From Eledone cirrhosa (taxonomy: Eukaryota): a stretch of 64,000 nt of DNA. This document shows, piece by piece, positions 13,464 through 26,732 of this stretch. The stretch covers positions 105,710,001 to 105,774,000 of the forward strand of contig OZ024740.1 in the NCBI GenBank assembly GCA_964016885.1, read 5' to 3'. How positions within the stretch are numbered: the stretch's first letter is position 1; the number at the start of each line of letters is the position of its first letter. The position numbers were made by a program, and so were the translations under genes. The notes below the pieces were generated by a model, which was not told the DNA's origin, searched no databases, and saw nothing but the letters and a program-made list of their open reading frames with translations.

Positions 13464-13783
13464 TATATATATGTTCTTTATTTCTTTTTTCTCTCTATGT
13501 AGGATTGGGCGACGAGAGAGATCCCAGTTGCAGGCCTGTTCACAAGTCAGGCGCATGTCTGTCAGATGTTCTACCATTCTTGATAGCATCTGTCTTGTGT
13601 TCCAATTGTTCGGCAATGCTGTCTCTTAGATTATACAATAGGACCCTTTCCATAACCTCCTTCTTAATGATGTGTTCTCGTCAATAAATCCTAATGCCGC
13701 TTCATAGAAAAGATCAGCAAGCAAAAGTAGTCATTGGGCTAACGCCGATTTATGCTTGCTAAACAAGGTGACGTCTTGCATAT

Positions 13784-13873
<90 letters not shown>

Positions 13874-14233
13874 GCTCAAGGAAAGAGTTTTTTCCAGGCC
13901 GTATATATAATCTGTATATCTAAAACAGAGAATGTCTGTCTGCCTGACTCCCTAAAACTAGAGATCCACCCAACCGAGTTTTTTCAAACTTTACACATGT
14001 AATACTTATGGTCATGTTAGTGTTTTGAGCAAAGAATATTTCAGATTGTCAATGCCCTAGGGACCGCATTAGGCGAAAAAGCGATCTCTCTCTATCTTTC
14101 TTAGTCTGTCTTTTTAGATAGATACATAGCTATGACGTCGAGCCCTTATAATATATACCTGTATGTCTGGCTGTCTGCATTACTACATTATGACACTATC
14201 TGTGTGCGTGTGTTTATATGTATATATAGTGTG

Positions 14234-14314
<81 letters not shown>

Positions 14315-15139
14315 TTAGGATAATAATTTAACTAAGATAACTAGCTAGTTACCTCCCCTTACGCTTTAACTCCCCTTAGTCATTCAGACACTTCCGGAAT
14401 CTAAACAGCATGATCTATTAATTAAGAACCGACTAGATACGGTATATAACTTGATTATATGCCGAACCATCGTGAGTTATACGATAGACACGTGTTCTAT
14501 ATATTGCGTCTCATGGATTATGTGAGTGGTGAGCGAAGACAGTGGTACGGCTTTGCCTACGATACAATAAGGTTTATAGTATGTTGAAAGTTTCTGATAT
14601 TTTGGTGTTTCCCTGCATCCGGGACTGTATATCATACAGATGTATGCGAATAAATGACTTAATAATCCAGCCCACATAATAAGATCGATTGCCTGCTTCA
14701 ACTGCCTGACCCTGCAAATATCATTCTGACGTACTCTAATCATGTATAAATAAGACACGCGTGCATGCTACACGTGAGATTGTTTCATACACAGACTACT
14801 CTAAACTTTCCTCTTGCTTTATCTTCATAGACTGCCAACGCTTCATGTTTATCTTTATTTTCATTTTTGTTTTTATTTTTATTTTTATTTTTATTTTTAT
14901 TTTTATTTTTATCCTGTAACCTGTATATGTAAATTGCCATGCTATATCATTTGATGAATGTCACCCCACTGTTGATCAATATGCGCATATGTTTTATATG
15001 TCTCTTGGGTTGAAAAGGAGGTCAAGTATGTTATAGATCAGTAAATAGTTGCTCCTAAGTATCCAAACCTCGGTTTGGAGGAAACAATTGTAAGCAAATA
15101 AATGACTTAAACTGAACTTTGATTATTGTAATCTCTCTC

Positions 15140-16645
15140 TCTCTATATATATATATAATTCTGCGTTGCCAGATTGATTTTTTTAGTTTCAGAAGATCCA
15201 GTTAAACTTTAATCTGTTATTTCGTTTCTGAATTTGTTTAGCAAGATTCTTTATTTGAAAACGTGTGTTGAAACCGATATTGTTATGCTTTGGGAGGGTC
15301 ATGTTGCCAATAAGAAACACAAGCACCAGTTGCTTTCACTTCAATTTATTATCAATTAAATTTATAAATTTAAGAATTTATAAATTTCCGGTTGGTTGGT
15401 TGGTTCCACAACCAGACGATTGTTCGTATATTGTCAAAGTTCTTTCGTCGCACATTCTGTGACCTCTTCAGTGACTGGGGATTCTTTTCTTTATTTTTGT
15501 GCCTCTCCCACGCCATCTTTTTTTTTGTGTTGTGTGCTTTGTTTGCGCTTGTGTTACATCCGGGTGTCTGTGTGCGTTTATATTTGTTTATTTATTTGTT
15601 TATTTACATGTTACTGGTTGGTTGTTTGTTCTATGTCTGTGTGTGTTTTCATTTTGTCCTTAATTGTAAGTTGTGATGTTGCTATTCCATTCATGTTTTC
15701 TATTAAATTTTGGTTGGAGTTCATTTATGTTTATTGCCTGTGTGATTTGTCTAAACATTGCGTCTTTTCTGTGTGTGTAGATTCTATTTTTATTTCTATG
15801 TTCTCTAATTTACCCTTATGTTCTATTTTAGCATGTTGGTGGAGTACAGATAATTCTTTACTATCTTGAAGCTCTCGCCAGTGTTCATTTATCCGTTCTC
15901 CTATACTACGATCTGTCTCACCTATGTACACTATATTCTTATCTCTACATCCTATGCTATATACTACATTTCTAGTTTTACAGTTAATATGGGGGCTTAG
16001 TTTACAGATTGTACATTTCTTATCTATACAGGGAGGTCTTTGAAAAGGGTATGTATTGCTAATAAGTGTTTTTATGGAGGTACCTGGTCTTTCTACTATC
16101 TTAATATTGAGTTTATGTTTATCTAGCGCCCTTCTAAGTTTGTAAGCTAATTCACCTCTAGGGGTTGTATTGATGAACATTACAGTCTGGTATTTATTGC
16201 TATCATACAATGAGTTTATTCTATTAACCTTATTCCTAGTTCTTTGTATATTATTCCAAAATTTGCTCCTATACAAGGGGCAGGTCCAATTTGTATCATT
16301 ATTTACCATTTTTTCCCATTTGGTTCTGGCTCCTCTATATACTCTGATTTTATCTCTCTGATTGTAACCAGAGAACTGCATACGGTGGATGAAGTGTTGT
16401 ATGTGTTTCTTTAGTACTTTGGGGTTGCACATGCGGGACACGTTTCTCATCACCCGTACCAAATCCGCAATCAGTATGTTGATTTTGGTGTGGTCCGAAA
16501 CAGCTGAGTTTCGGTGGATCAGATATTTGGAAATCATGGGTTTGGTATAATGGGAATGGAGGATTTTTTTGATTTTTTATTAAAGGTTTCTAACCAGAGC
16601 TCTGTGTCTAGTGCAGGTAATCGACGGTTGGGGTGTTTAATCTGT
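15140..16645 (-). mobile_element. 5'-truncated Penelope-like element (Nematis-like): RT thumb, linker and GIY-YIG endonuclease
   Basis: ORF 15731-16537 has PLYRSKFWN, KIVERPG, a Cys cluster and VVYSIGC...YIGETDRSIGERINEH. Upstream LPALD (RT motif 7). HHR in the 3' UTR. The clade assignment is from memory. Confidence 0.85.
15433..15475 (-). ncRNA. Type I hammerhead ribozyme in the PLE 3' UTR
   Basis: Minus strand: gtca CTGAAGA ggtcacagaatgtgcgac GAA agaact T tgac. Confidence 0.65.
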
Positions 16646-17080
16646 TATTTTAATATATATATATATATATAAATGACGTAAAATAAGAAAATTATAAAAA
16701 TTAACTTACTTACTAAAATTTCACTCCAACTAATTAGTTTCTGAAAGGGAATAAACATGGTTTCCAAATTGAAAGCATGGAGAAGCCGTTTCGACATCAG
16801 GAAGTCTGTTCTCAGCTAAGATAGCTGGCGATGCGTGGACACAGGGAACTTATACAAAAATAATTCAGTGGATGGAAAAAAGCAAGCGTGGACTAAATTC
16901 CAAGACATTGAAAAAATCACTGCCTACTTGGTTGGTGGCAAATTCGAAGGAATCAATCACGTGACATCGAGGTTAATCAGTGAGGAGTGGGGTGTTAAAA
17001 AGACAGTAGCCAAGCCGTTACTATGAACTATAGTAGCAATTTTGGCAAATTTTTGCTCAACAAAATAATTTGGAGATAAT

Positions 17081-17386
17081 TATAAAGAATTATTATATCT
17101 ACCAACATATATATACAGATTCATACCTATGCTAGCAAATATATAGGTTTTGTCTTAGTAACTTTGTGGTTCAATGCAAGGGGATGCAGAACAATTATAT
17201 GAATGACGTAAAATAAGAAAATTATAAAATTTTAACATTTTATAATTTTCTTATTTTACGTCATTCATATAATTGTTCTGCATCCCCTTGCATTGAACCA
17301 CAAAGTTACTAAGACAAAACCTATATATTTGCTAGCATAGGTATGCATCTGTATATATATGTTGGTAGATATACTAATTCTTTATA
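17081..17386. repeat. ~150-bp-arm palindrome ending a ~530-bp partial tandem unit
   Basis: The arms are near-perfect reverse complements centred near 17234. 16672-16705 recurs directly at about 17202-17236. Confidence 0.9.
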
Positions 17387-17696
17387 TATATATATATATA
17401 ATTATATATTCGTGTACATATATTTTTGCATACACAATAACAAAATATAATCAAAAGTATTTATTTCACGAGTCTCGACAGCAGTAAAAACATCAACAAA
17501 AAAGAGAGGGAACGCAATTACATGCTTTTGAAAATTCTTAATGGAAAATTATTTGCCTATTCACCCAAGGCGACTTCACTTTTTATTAGGACTTCTGCAT
17601 CAATTGGTGAACATACAACGAAACTGTTTCAGAAAGGAGGGATAAACATACCAATCTATGTTTAGAATCCCGAGCAACGCCGGGCAATTCTGCTAG

Positions 17697-17843
17697 TTGA
17701 ATATAAAAGAGAGATAAACACAGATATGTACATATATGTGTTCAAATCGTAAGGGACCAGATTTTCACCCTAGCGAATCCGGTTCCGTTACGATTTCAAC
17801 ACATATATGTATATATCTGTGTTTATCTCTCTTTTATATTCAA
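17697..17843. repeat. Fold-back element with ~65-bp arms (MITE-like)
   Basis: ttgaatataaaagagagataaacacagatat...atatctgtgtttatctctcttttatattcaa. Confidence 0.8.
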
Positions 17844-18837
17844 TTATATTATATATATATATATATATTAGAAAGTGAGGTGTTTTTTACAAATTGAAAA
17901 ATAACCGAGGTGTCCTATATTGTCTGTGCCAATATATATATATATATATATTGGCACAGACATACACGTACACACTCACACAAACTCGCACACACACTCA
18001 CACACACACTTACAACCACATACACACATACTCACACACGCACACACACACACAGGCACATACAGAAACACACTCACAGCCACACACACACACTACCTTC
18101 TTTTGATTAGCACAGATAAAAAGTGGGAAGTTATGATGTCCCCTAAGGTGGTGTCACAAGCGCAAATGAAGTTAAAATCATTTTTATCGAGAATCGAATA
18201 CCCCTCAGCGACACTGGGTCCCGTTGGGAGTTTAACCGCTTCCTTTAAAGTGTCCGCACCAGCGTTATTGACGTCATAAAAGAAAATTGGGCTCATATCA
18301 AGTAAGGTTTCTTTTATAAACTAGAAACAAAAAAAAAACACAGCAAAAAGAGAAGAAAACGGAAAAAAATATAATCGAATTTTCTACGTAAAACCAAAAC
18401 CAAAACCAAAACCAAAAGTCAAAATAAAAAATGGAAAAATGGAAAAACAGAAAACATTTATTAAAAAGAAAAATGTCGGCTTTAGGTAAACATTAATGTT
18501 GAATACAACGCAATCAATATTACGGTATAAAATGGCAACCGGTTAGAAATGGAAATTCACTGCAACACAAACACTCGTATATACTTACAAAGCAGCAGCG
18601 CAAGCAAGAGGAGGGAATTCTACTAAGAGTTCGATAACTAATTGTTCTTTTGTTCGGTATGTCAATAATAAAATATTCCAGTTGATTACACAACATAATT
18701 TTATTTGAACTAATATGTAATGGATTTTCTTCTGCTTCGGCGAATTTCTTTTGTTTTTGTTATTTTCGTCTTTTTTTGTTGTTGTTTCATTTGGTTGTTT
18801 TGCAGCGGTTATGAGAGGGAGAGATGCAACATATACT

Positions 18838-19130
18838 TACGAGTTCGTTTTCGGGATCGGGTGATGGGTTGTGCAAGACACTATTTCACGTTGCTCCAGT
18901 TCACTAAGTTGTAGAAATGAATGAATTGCGACGCTATTGGTGCCAAGTTTTATTGGCGTTTGCCTTTCCCCTAGACAACATCGGTGGCGTGGTGAGGGGT
19001 GACTGGTATGTATGGGCGACTGCTGATCTTCCACAAAGAACCATGCTGGGCCTAGTGTCTCGGAGGGGAACTTTCTAGGTGCATATCCATGGTATTTCGT
19101 GACCGAAGGTTTTTTTTACTCTTTCTTTAC
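18838..19130 (+). mobile_element. tRNA-derived SINE (second cephalopod-type family)
   Basis: B-box-like gagttcgttttc, central gcaagacactatttcacgttgctccagttcact, and 3' end ...gaccgaagg...ctttacc. Confidence 0.6.
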
Positions 19131-19133
19131 CCC

Positions 19134-19207
<74 letters not shown>

Positions 19208-19684
19208 GTGTGTGTGTGTATATGTGAATTCCCGATGTATATCGGGAGGTAACCACAGCTTAAAGTGGTATTCAATACGTTAGTAGAGTATAGGCATATA
19301 TATTCTATTATAAAAAATCACTTCTATAAGATTAGAAGAATAATTATTCTTAAGAAATAATCATATATACCACCTATACTATGAGGAACTTCAGCGGTCG
19401 ATTGATGAGAATGGGTTGTCCTGTGCTTCGTCCGTTTTTCTATCATACCGTGGGAGTGCGTGACTAATACACTAAGGGGCAATTCATATTTCTTCACGTC
19501 CTTTTTTAGGATGCTACACTATACAGCTTGGAATTAGAACCTAGCTGGATATAAACAAACTTTATGAATTAGTGAAACACATTTGAAAATGTAAGAGTGT
19601 GAGAGTCCCAAAAGCAGGAAATAATTGCAGTGACAGTCGATCACCTTAGAAAGAAGCTGTGAACATTTGGTAAATTTCATTTTA

Positions 19685-19830
19685 GGTCACGTCTTTTACA
19701 ATAGACAAACTGGTCCCCGGTTAACAGACCGTTTTGCCGAGCATGTACGCAACATTCAACTTGGAAACGATTACCCTCTCTCGATCTCTTTTGCACTTTC
19801 GACCTTTCTGCCAGGAGGCTTAACGGGTTC
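19685..19830 (+). pseudogene. Degenerate Penelope GIY-YIG fragment
   Basis: FYNRQTGPRLTDRFAEHVRNIQLGND resembles YIGQTGRRL.DRF.EH. Confidence 0.6.
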
Positions 19831-20504
19831 AGATTGGTTCTACACAACAGCTAGCCTACTTAGATCGATGTGTTCGCGTGTGTGTAGTTGTGCATGTTTG
19901 TACACGTTTGCGTATTTGTATTTGAGTGTACATATAGACAGATAGATAAGTATAGCACCTGTGCGTGCGTGTGTGAGTGTGTGAATGTGTTTGTGTGTGC
20001 GTGTATGTTCCTGGGTGTAATCATCTGTGCATGTGTACGTGTAATTTGTCAAATCGACCGCATGATATCTAGACATTCTAATACACACACCCATAAGGTA
20101 CATCGACTTGCACGTACTATAGCTAATATTTTAATTAGATCCATCACATAAATTGTGAAATATCATCCTTTCTCGCTTAGTTTATATACAAGAGCAATTT
20201 AATTTGATAAACTATATCTATATATCTCTCAGTCTGATCTCTCCTTTATAGATTAGTGAATTCCACGCAAGAGATACTTTGTCCGCACACAAACGCCCAC
20301 GTATCAAAACCAACACAAGCATATATGCATATACTTACACTGAATATTATAGAAAACAGAAAAAGATTGCTGTAGGTGATGAAATATATAACCAGATGGA
20401 ATCTACCGGCTATTATTCCTGGACGTATTTCATGCAAAATGCTTTAAAACTATCTGACATACCAGATCGCCATAATTTACCTGTATCATTGCTATTATTC
20501 CTCT

Positions 20505-20690
20505 AAGGCGGTGGATTGGCAGTATCGGTAGAGGGTCGGACGCCATGCTTTCCAGCATAGTTACGTCCCTTTACGATCTGAGTTCAAATCCCGCCGAGGT
20601 TGACTTTGCCTTTCATCCTTGCGGGGTCGATAAAATAAAGTACCAGTAATGTACTGGGTAATTGCTGGCCTTGTGCCAAAGGTAGAAACA
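20505..20690 (+). mobile_element. Full-length tRNA-derived SINE with 11-bp TSD
   Basis: A-box-like ggcggtggattggcag and B-box gagttcaaatcc. TSD attattcctct at 20494-20504 and 20691-20701. Confidence 0.9.
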
Positions 20691-21350
20691 ATTATTCCTC
20701 TGTAGGCTAAGCTACATACATATGATATGAATCATATGAATGTATTTGTAAAGGTTTTTCCCCTACTATTCAGCTATAAAGGAAGTTAAAAATCACACAG
20801 ATAATTATGAGGAACGAAGGTGTGTAATGGAAGTACGCATGTTCAATTATATAAATTCTAAAATGGTCGAGATATTTTATTGGCACTATCGTGTCATTTT
20901 AATGTGTTTCCGTCGTGTTGTGTCGTAAAAGATAAATTGGAGCCAAGTCACTATCTTGTAGAGCTGATTTTGTAAGGTAAAGCCACACAGCTGAAATAAA
21001 CTGTATTCTCTTTTTATTTCTTTTGCTTTTATTCTGGCTTTTATTAAATGATGCATGTAGACAAGTCCTGAATATGAAATCTCATACATAGTAAGCAGTC
21101 ATATAGTCTCAACAAACGGTGACTATCAGGTAGCTTGACGCCATTACAAAACACCAGAGGAAAACATAAGGTAGAGATATGCTGAAATAATGGGATTCTA
21201 CAGTATACATTTATGTATAGTATTACTTATCTTTCTGAGAAAGGGGATTAAATACATAAGTAAAGAATGTATTTTATGAAAGGTATAGATGGAAGAAAAA
21301 TGTTTCTCTGTTACAGTTAAGTTTCGTCTCAATGAAAATTCATCATGCGC

Positions 21351-21382
<32 letters not shown>

Positions 21383-21880
21383 GCGCGCGCGTGTGTGTGT
21401 GTGTGTTCGTGTGTGTGCGCGTGTGCGTGCGTGCGTAGTGTAGTGTTGTATATCGTATAAAACACTTGAAAGCCTTTCGCTATGAAGTTTTAAGGTTGTG
21501 ATCGATGTCATACATACTTTTCTCAACAAAAGCAAGGGGAAATAATCGACAACGCGTTGTTTCTCGCTCATTGGCGAGTTTCAAGACTACATGTCACCCC
21601 TATTGTGCCGAGATTAATATAAGCTAGAACCATATACATTCTTTGCTTATAATACATGAGCTGATGAAGCTCATTTGCATACGGAACTGTCGCCGACTCG
21701 GCTAAAGGATGTGTAACGTTGGCCACAACCTTAAAAATTCATAGTGAAAGGCTTTCAAATGATTTTCATAAACATCTCGTATATTGTTCGATATATAATA
21801 AGCACATACATGTGTATAACGCTACGTTACAGCACCAATACATATTATTTTCAATGTTTATATACATATATACATTTGTA

Positions 21881-21998
<118 letters not shown>

Positions 21999-22321
21999 CG
22001 TGTGTGTGTGCGTGCGTGTGTGTGTGTGTGTGTGTGTTTGTGTGTGTGTATGTGAAATTCCATTGCAACGAAATTGGTGGTGTGTAAACAGACGCTCGCG
22101 ATAATGGAAAATTTGTTATAATGAATTCGTCAGGAAGAAACCATAATGACATATTTTGTTCAAGCAGTAAAAGAGAATAGAGGCACGTTGTCATTTTTGC
22201 GTGGATCTTTAAGTACCTTTCATGTTTTTTTTTTTTGTGTACTTTAAAAACACAGTTCGGGGATTATGTCATAAATTCAGAAAACCAGAAGAAATTTCTT
22301 TTCAATTAATAATCATGTATG

Positions 22322-22357
<36 letters not shown>

Positions 22358-22840
22358 AAGAGCGAGAGAGAGGGGTGGGGGGGAGAGAGAGATTTCACTA
22401 ACAATACTACAATCCGGTAAAGATGGGTGTTTAGGAAAGCTGTTGAGGCGATCGTATTTGGAAGATGATGCGCGACCATAATTATAGAAGTCAGCAACAA
22501 TAATACAAACATCCACCCCGTAAAAGTGTCCGGTCTATAGGTGAAGATTTTATTCATGCACATAATTTAATGTAGTGTTTATAATAGTTTATATAGTTGT
22601 TTCACACACAGAGACTTTGTCTTTCAGCCATTGGATGTCGATAAATAAAGTATTAGTCCAATCCAGGAGTGGATTCTCTCTTTCTCTGGAAGAAATTGGC
22701 TGTGTTCCCACCTCGAAGACGATGGATGGGCGCCACCATGCTTAATGGTAACCGAGAAATGCTGTAGATAAGAACGGTATCCCCTATTACTCCATCGGGA
22801 GTTAAAAACCACTCTTCCCTTCATTTTCCTTTTATGCGAG

Positions 22841-24262
22841 TGCTTCTGGTTTCATGATTTTATAAATGTTTACCAATAGAGAGACAGAGAGTCGGTTTCT
22901 AACATAGTTACAGACTCTTTCATTGGGATTTACACATCAGCTAGGTAGTTATGTATGCATGCCTGCATGAATGCATGTCTGTGCAGGTATGGATGTTATT
23001 GTATCTATGGATGTGTATGTTTTGAGTTATATGTGTGCATTTGTAATTTCCTAACTAGTCGTGTTCTTTCTGTTTCTGTGAAGTCCAGCTTCTCATGATT
23101 TGTACTGGGGCAGTTATTAACATATTCCAGTACCCCAATAATCACAGGTATACATCTAAAGGTATAGTCACGGTGGAGTATCTTCAGAATTCTCATTAGT
23201 TCTGCATAAATATTCTCCTTTTCGCTAATCTTTAATATTATATTGGCATCTGCTTGGCAGTTAATTTCCACTACTATGCATGCCTTCTTTTCCCTGTCCC
23301 ATATCATTATATCTGGTCTGTTATGATTGCATTTTATTGGGTTTTTTACTGGAATATTTCACTAGTACTCTTTCATATTATGTATATGTATGTCTTCCAC
23401 ATTGCTGTAACTTTTAATGTATTTATTGTCGGGGCTATCCTTTGTACGGATTGCATTGTGTAGTGTTTTGGCCACTACATCATGCCTCATAGGTAGATAG
23501 TACCGTGATGACATCTTTGGACAGCTGCTTATGACATGGGTGACATCTTCGATGTTAATTATGCAGAGTCTATACTTGTTGTCACAACTAGGTGTTTTGC
23601 CTGCATCTCTATCTCTTTTGTGAATCAGGTATTTTGAGTTGATTTCCTGGTTTTTGATTGCAAAAGCGTATCCTTCAAAGTGGGAGCCTATATAGCGGTT
23701 GGTGGTCCAAGATAGACTACTTCGCTTATCTGTATTACTCTCACTCTAGAGCTTCCTGGCAACATATATATGCATGATGTTTTGCTGATAAGCATGCAGT
23801 TTTTCATCTATGGATTCGTTGCGGTATTGCTGGGAAATTTCCCAGGGTGTGAGTATTTGATTATCATGCAGGGAGTTCGTTTCCAACTCTCATGATCATA
23901 TCTGTCTCATGCAGACAGACTTTTTCATTAGATGAGTTCCTACGCTTGGAAATTCGTAAATGTTGTCGGAGAGATATGATGCGACACTCAAATGCTATCT
24001 GGACGGATGTTAGGCCTCTGCCTCCCTGCTTACATTTCAAGTAAAGGCGGTCTATGTCACTGTTGATGTGGAAGTTTCCAGTGTTGTTTAGAATTGTTCG
24101 AGTTTTAACATCAATGGCTCGGATTTCGTCTATCGTCCAATCGAGTATTGCAAACGTTAGTGTTAGGACAGCCACAGAAAAAAAATTCTGAACCACTGTT
24201 TTATTGTGCGCAGAGAGTTCTGATGACAATATTTTTCTTAATCGGCTACGCGTTCCTTATTA
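22841..24262 (-). mobile_element. R4/Dong-clade non-LTR element, family 3, 5'-truncated copy 1
   Basis: SDIDRLYLKCKQGGRGL, CRLC...HV.S.C knuckle and RPDIMIWDREKK RLE motif. Degenerate. Confidence 0.85.
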
Positions 24263-24267
24263 CAATA

Positions 24268-25186
24268 TATGTATGTATGTATGTTCTTCTGGTTTTATAA
24301 TTTTACAAATTTTTTTCCAATAGAGAGAGAGTCGGTTTCTAACATAGACACAAGACTCTCTCATTGGAATTTACACATCAACTAGGTAGATATGTATGTA
24401 TGCATGGATGTGTAGATATGGATGTTATTGTATGTGTGGGTGTGTATGTTTTGAGTTACATGTGTGCACGTGTGCATGTGTATATGCTTTGTATCTGTAC
24501 ATGTGTATATGCAGTTATTAGATGCAACCTTTTTGGAATGTTTTACATATTTTTACTGTTCCTTTAATGGATTGTACTTGTAATTTCCTAACTAGTTGTG
24601 TTCTTTCTGTTCCTGTGAAGCCTAGCTTCTCAAGATTTGTATTGAGGCAGTTACTAACATACCTCAGTGCCCCAATAATCACAGGCATAGATCTGCAGGT
24701 GTAATCTGGGTAGAGTATCTGCAGATTTCTCATCAGTTCTGCATAAATATTCTCCTTTTCGCTAATCTTTGATATTATATCGGCATCTGTTGGGCAACTA
24801 ATTCCCACTACTGTGCATGCTTTCTTCTCCCTGTCCCATATCATAATATCTGGTCTGTTATACCTGCATTTTATTGGGGTTTTTACTGGAACATTCCACC
24901 AGTACTCTTTCATATTATCTACATGGATGTCTTCCACATTGCTGTAGCTTTTAATGTGTTTATTATCAAGGCTATCTTTTTTACGGATTGCATTGTACAG
25001 TGTTTTGGCCACTACATCATGCCTCATAGGTAGATAGCACCGCGATGACATCTTTGAACAGCTGCTGATAATATGGGTGATATCTTCGATGTTAGTTCTA
25101 CAAAGTCTGCACTTGTTATCACATCTAGGTGTTTTGCCTGCATTCCTATCTCTTTTGTGAATGAGGTATTTCGTGTTAATTTCCTG
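24268..25186 (-). mobile_element. R4/Dong family 3, copy 2, with (CATA)n tail
   Basis: ORF 24518-25303: CRLCRTNIEDITHIISSC, RHD, NRPDIMIWD, KENIY, PVIIGAL. The 3' UTR is shared with copies 1 and 3. Confidence 0.9.
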
Positions 25187-25800
25187 TATGTATGTATGTA
25201 TGTATGTATGTATGTATGTATGTATGTATGTATGTATGTATGTATGTATGTATGTATGTATGTATGCTTGTATGTATGTTCTTCTGGTTTGCAATAATTT
25301 CACAAATTATTTCCCATAGATAGAGAGTCGGTTTCTAACATAGATTCAAGACTCTTTCATTCGAATTTACACAACATCAACTAGGTAGATATGTATGCAT
25401 ATCTGCATGAATGCCTGTGTGTGCAGGTATGGATGTTATTGTATGTGTAGATGTGGATGTTTTGAGTTATACGTGTGCATGTTCATATGATTTGTATCTG
25501 TACATGTGTATATGCAGTTATTAGATGCAGAATATTTGGAATGTTTACATATTTTAACTGTTCCATTTATGGATTGTATTTGTAATTTCCTAACTAGTTG
25601 TGTTCTTTCGGTTTCTGTGAAGCCCAGCTTCTCAAGATTTGTACTCAGGCAGTTACTAACATATCCCAGTGCACCAATAATCACATGCACAAATCTAAAG
25701 GTATAGTCGGGGTGGAATATCTGTAGATTTCTCATTAGTTCTGCATAGATATTCTTCTTTCCTTTAATCTTTAATATTATATTGGCATCTCCTGGACAGG
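25187..25800 (-). mobile_element. R4/Dong family 3, copy 3, with long (CATA)n tail
   Basis: RLE C-terminus (CPGDANI...VIIGALGY), the same 3' UTR, and (TATG)n on both sides. Confidence 0.85.
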
Positions 25801-26061
25801 TGTATGTATATATGTATGTACGTATGTATGTATATGATATATTGCATGTCACGGAATGTGCCTATATGTTACGCAAATTAACAAGAGAGAGGAAAATGCA
25901 AGTGTTATCTGTAGGGAAAAAGAGAGATGAAATATTTTAATTATTCTGTTTACTTACAAACAATGAGGAAATTCGATATCTTTCAATAATTACACAGATT
26001 TATCACTTATACACACATATATACACACATATATATATATATATGTATGTATGTATGTATG

Positions 26062-26095
<34 letters not shown>

Positions 26096-26401
26096 TGTGT
26101 GACACACAATATAGGTATTATTAATTGGCCTAGTTTGAAGAGTGAGCATACTCTGTCATTCAGTACAATAATAGGTTGTCGCCAATAAGTCGAGACATTT
26201 GGAGAACTATAGTGTTATACTTTGACTTCGAATACACGACAAAGATAAAACACTTATTAATTCACACACACACGGGCACACGCATGCACACACATACAAA
26301 ACCGTATATAATGTATTTGTATTTGTATGCATAAGAGTATGTGCTAGGCAAATAAGCTACCTTCAAGCTATATTCTCGAAATATTATTAAATATTTCCGT
26401 T

Positions 26402-26506
<105 letters not shown>

Positions 26507-26732
26507 ATTTCCTCGAATATCAGTTATGAAGCAGATACATATATTAATGGAAAAAATGTATCGATTTTCGTTAAAAAAAAAATGAATTCACTATAAAATA
26601 TAAAGGGCTAAGAAGCAGACATTTCTAATAGTATGTACGAATATAGTAAACCCTTATATACCGCCCCTCACTCACAGACACACATTCATATGCCTTAATA
26701 TACATGTATATACAAATATACACCCTCCCATA

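Larger units (their letters stand above)
13911..17696 (+). mobile_element. Non-autonomous Helitron ends enclosing nested insertions
   Basis: 5' end a|TCtgtatatctaaaacagagaatgtctgtctg. 3' end cccgagcaacgccggg hairpin plus CTAG|T at 17693-17696. That the two ends belong to one element is inferred. Confidence 0.5.

Noticed and set aside
13520-13720. Possible host exon
   Set aside because: The minus-strand frame KEVMERVLLYNLRDSIAEQL looks more like a decayed LINE RT motif 2; neither call is well supported.
20505-20610. tRNA gene
   Set aside because: It has A/B boxes but no cloverleaf and continues into a SINE body with a TSD.
21466-21761. ~50-bp inverted repeat enclosing ctgatga at about 21661 as a hammerhead
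   Set aside because: The GAAA half is ggaac and the stems cannot be closed; at most a decayed motif.
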